DNA from: an uncultured Planctomycetaceae bacterium
Lineage (GTDB): Bacteria > Planctomycetota > Planctomycetia > Isosphaerales > Isosphaeraceae
Assembly (NCBI GenBank): GCA_963833985.1
Contig: CAWIAD010000002.1
Span: 3,648,001 to 3,712,000, forward strand
Direction of reading: 5' to 3'
Length of the DNA stretch: 64,000 nucleotides
Below are positions 61,351 through 64,000 of this stretch, in pieces (position 1 is the stretch's first letter; each line of letters starts with the position of its first letter). The translations under genes and the position numbers were made by a program. The notes below the pieces were generated by a model that saw only the letters and a list, made by a program, of their open reading frames with translations, searched no databases and was not told where the DNA came from.

Positions 61351-64000
61351 TCATCCCGGATGCCCCAGACGGGAGCCGCGTCCGGTGTTCTGGTCGGGCG
61401 CGAGGACCAGCGCCTGAGGCGCAAAGTCCATGGTGGAGGAAGCGCGTGCGCGGATGGCCGTCGAGTCGTCGGAGCCGACACCTTCCGGCCGCACCAGCGA
61501 GCCGTCGTCCACGGCCGACGGCGAAGCGGCCGCACCTGCCTGGGACGACGGGGCGATCGTCGGAAGCCGGGCGGACCTGGCGCGTGCAACCAGCCCCTGA
61601 AGCGTGAAGCCCAGCACGGTCAGTACGATGCCGCCGAATGCCGACTGTACCGCAAGGACCAGGGCGCTATGATGCACAATAGCAGAGAACACCAGGCCGA
61701 GGGTGGCGACAACCACCCAGATCGCGCGGAACGGCACCCGGGAAAACATGAGCACAAAACCGACCAGCAGCACGCCGCCGGAGCAGCAGACGATGAGGCC
61801 CACGCGGCTGGCCAGCCACGGGTCCAGGGGTGTGGGCTTGCCCGCGCGGCCGAAGAGGTAGCCGTGCGCGCCGTCGGGCTCCTCCGCCGCCAGTTCGTCC
61901 TCGGGCTCGGTCGTCTGTGCCGCCGATCCGGCAACCCAGCTCAGCAGCTTGGCAGCAGCCCTTGATGGCCTTCGTTTCCAGACGTAAGCATCCCAGTACC
62001 AATCGTTGGCGTCATCCCAGCCGCGCGGAACGCCCACGATGGCCTCGGTCCAGGGAATCCGGACTTCCCAGAGCGACTGCCCCAGCACCGCGTCGTCGGG
62101 CAATTGGGGCGGTGGGCAGAGCCCGCCGGAGGGACGGCTCGCGAGCTGATACTCGACCTCCAGGAGCACTGGCCGCGTGGGCGGCTCGGCAGGCAAGGCG
62201 ACACGATACGATTGGCCCGGAGCTTCGCGTTCGACCTGGTCGGTCACGCGGCCGTCCACGCGTGCCCGGATCCAGCGGGCGTCATCGGGCAGGCGCAGCG
62301 AGACGGCGACCGGATGCGTGTCCATCCAGTACCAGGCACGCGTTCTCGACTCGTGATCGGCAGTCAGCACGGTGCGTAGCAGCGTGCGGGGTACGACCAG
62401 GGACGGCAGCGCGAGTTGATCGAGCAGTCCCACCGACAGCGCGAAGCCGGATGCGGGATCAGCGGGCCTGGTGAGGCGGTAACTCCGCGTGCGCTCCCCG
62501 GCGGTGACGGTGTCGGCTGGAGCGTCCAGGGGTGTCCAGGCTCCATCGCGACTGGCGAGTGTCACTCCCGGTGCGGACGTGAGGTCGAGCCTGGTTGACG
62601 ATGACGTTCCTTGCTCGAAGACAAATCGGGGAATGAGCGCCTGCGTCTCGGCAGCTCCCGGTCCGGCCAGCCCCAGTGGAAGCTGGAAGCGGAAGGTCAG
62701 CAGCGTGCTTTCGGTGACCGGCGGATCGAAGACGAGCCGGAATCGCCCGGGACCCTCGGGCGGGTGATCCAGCTCCTCTCGCCTGAGCGTCTCCTTGCCC
62801 TGGACTTGCCAGACCTGCGAGCGCGACAGCGGTACCAGGACGACCAGAGCACTCAAGGCGCCGTGGCGGACGTGCAGCTCGGTGTCCTGCCGCACCTCGA
62901 TCAGCCGCTGGTTCACCCTGGCCGAGATCCGGGTGTCATGGTCAATCTGCGTCCTGTGCCGGACGAGCCGGCCGGTCAACCAGCGCGGGTTCTGGCTACT
63001 CTTGAGCAAGGCGATGGGCATGCGCTCGATGGACCCGGCTTTCGGGATGGCCGTCGCTTCCGGGGTTGGCAGTTGCCGGAACGACCCGGATTCTCCGCGT
63101 CCACGTTCCGCGAGACCGTCGGCAACCTCGAAGCTCACCCGGCGGTCAGCAAGCAGGGACACCAGGTTGGTGTTCGATAGGCCGTCGCGAACCGAGAAGA
63201 GACCCAGCCGAACCGGGCCATCACCGCCCGTGCGCTCCTGGCCGCGCAGCCGGAGCGAGAACATCTTCAGAACGCGAGCCTGCGGAGTGAGGTGAAGCAC
63301 CAGCACCTGCCCCTGCCCATGGTCCGCCTCCCTCTGATCGAGGACGCCCGCCGTGGCTGATTCCGGATGGGCGACCGCGGACTCCACCACTTCCGCCGGT
63401 CCCACCGAGGTCAGTTGCAAGCCGGGCGGCACGAGGATCTCGATCTCGAAGAGCCGCCCGCGCACGCGCTGCACCTGGAACACCGAATCTACCTGGACAT
63501 TCTGTTCATCGATGACCAGCCGGGTCGTCGCGTCCGCGCGATAGAGCGGAGGCGAGCTCCTCGATGCCCAGCGTGAGTCGGAAGGGCTGATCGACAAACT
63601 GGTAAGCCGTGGTGGTGCCCGGCCGCGCGCAGCTCGGTGGGCAGTTCGCGGGGATCAATGCGATGCAACCCCTGAGCGGCCTTCACCTGGACCCAGAGAT
63701 TCGCCGCCTGCGTGATCCCGATGGCGCCGGACTGCTCGGCGGCATTGCCAAGGGGGAACCCGGAGAATGCGTAGGTCCGCGGGGCGGCGATCGGGAAGGC
63801 GCGCCGCGTCTCCATCACCAGATGATGTGTCATTCCCGGCCGCATCGCCTCGCCAAGCGGAATGGAAAGCAAATCATGCTCGATGCCCGCGACCAGGAAC
63901 TGGTCGTCGAGCTTGAGCGTTTGCACGACGTCTTGCTCGTCGATGCGGATCTCGAGCTTGCGGGCGATGCCCCGGACGCAACGGACGACCCACGAGGAGC
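61351..64000 (-). CDS. Large membrane-associated hypothetical protein, 5' end outside the window, frameshifted near 63560-63625
   Basis: Protein-like path ELR / RPGTTTAYQFVDQPFRLTLGIE / SPPLYRAD crosses three frames; C-terminal TM helices. Confidence 0.6.

Overview
Planctomycete DNA (DUF1501/DUF1549-1553, DUF1559 and TIGR03067-type proteins; Isosphaeraceae-like by gene content, which is inference). A tRNA-Ala(GGC) on the minus strand at 45902-45974 divides the window. To its right is higher-GC core chromosome: sthA, a sugar transferase, an aldo/keto reductase, DUF1549/DUF1501 and very large frameshifted membrane proteins. To its left is a lower-GC, partly decayed genomic island whose other end and integrase lie outside the window. 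The island has three parts: (i) ~19 kb of mixed cargo; (ii) a 19.2-33.9 kb module of small genes (ardC broken by nested IS701/IS1634, ParB-like, P-loop ATPase, tyrosine recombinase, csrA, a sigma-region-2-like protein); (iii) paralogous TPR-TM-variable-C-terminus genes, GH5-like genes, an XRE regulator and a truncated clpX. The most striking signal is ~24 copies of an oriented motif, YGACACCGMCGA. It is usually followed by a hairpin of variable sequence and an RBS, and sits ~50-60 nt before start codons. One copy precedes the sigma-like gene and one precedes a ~160-nt rod-shaped non-coding structure. This looks like an element-specific portable expression leader or regulon that I cannot assign to a known system. 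All family calls are by eye; no searches were run.
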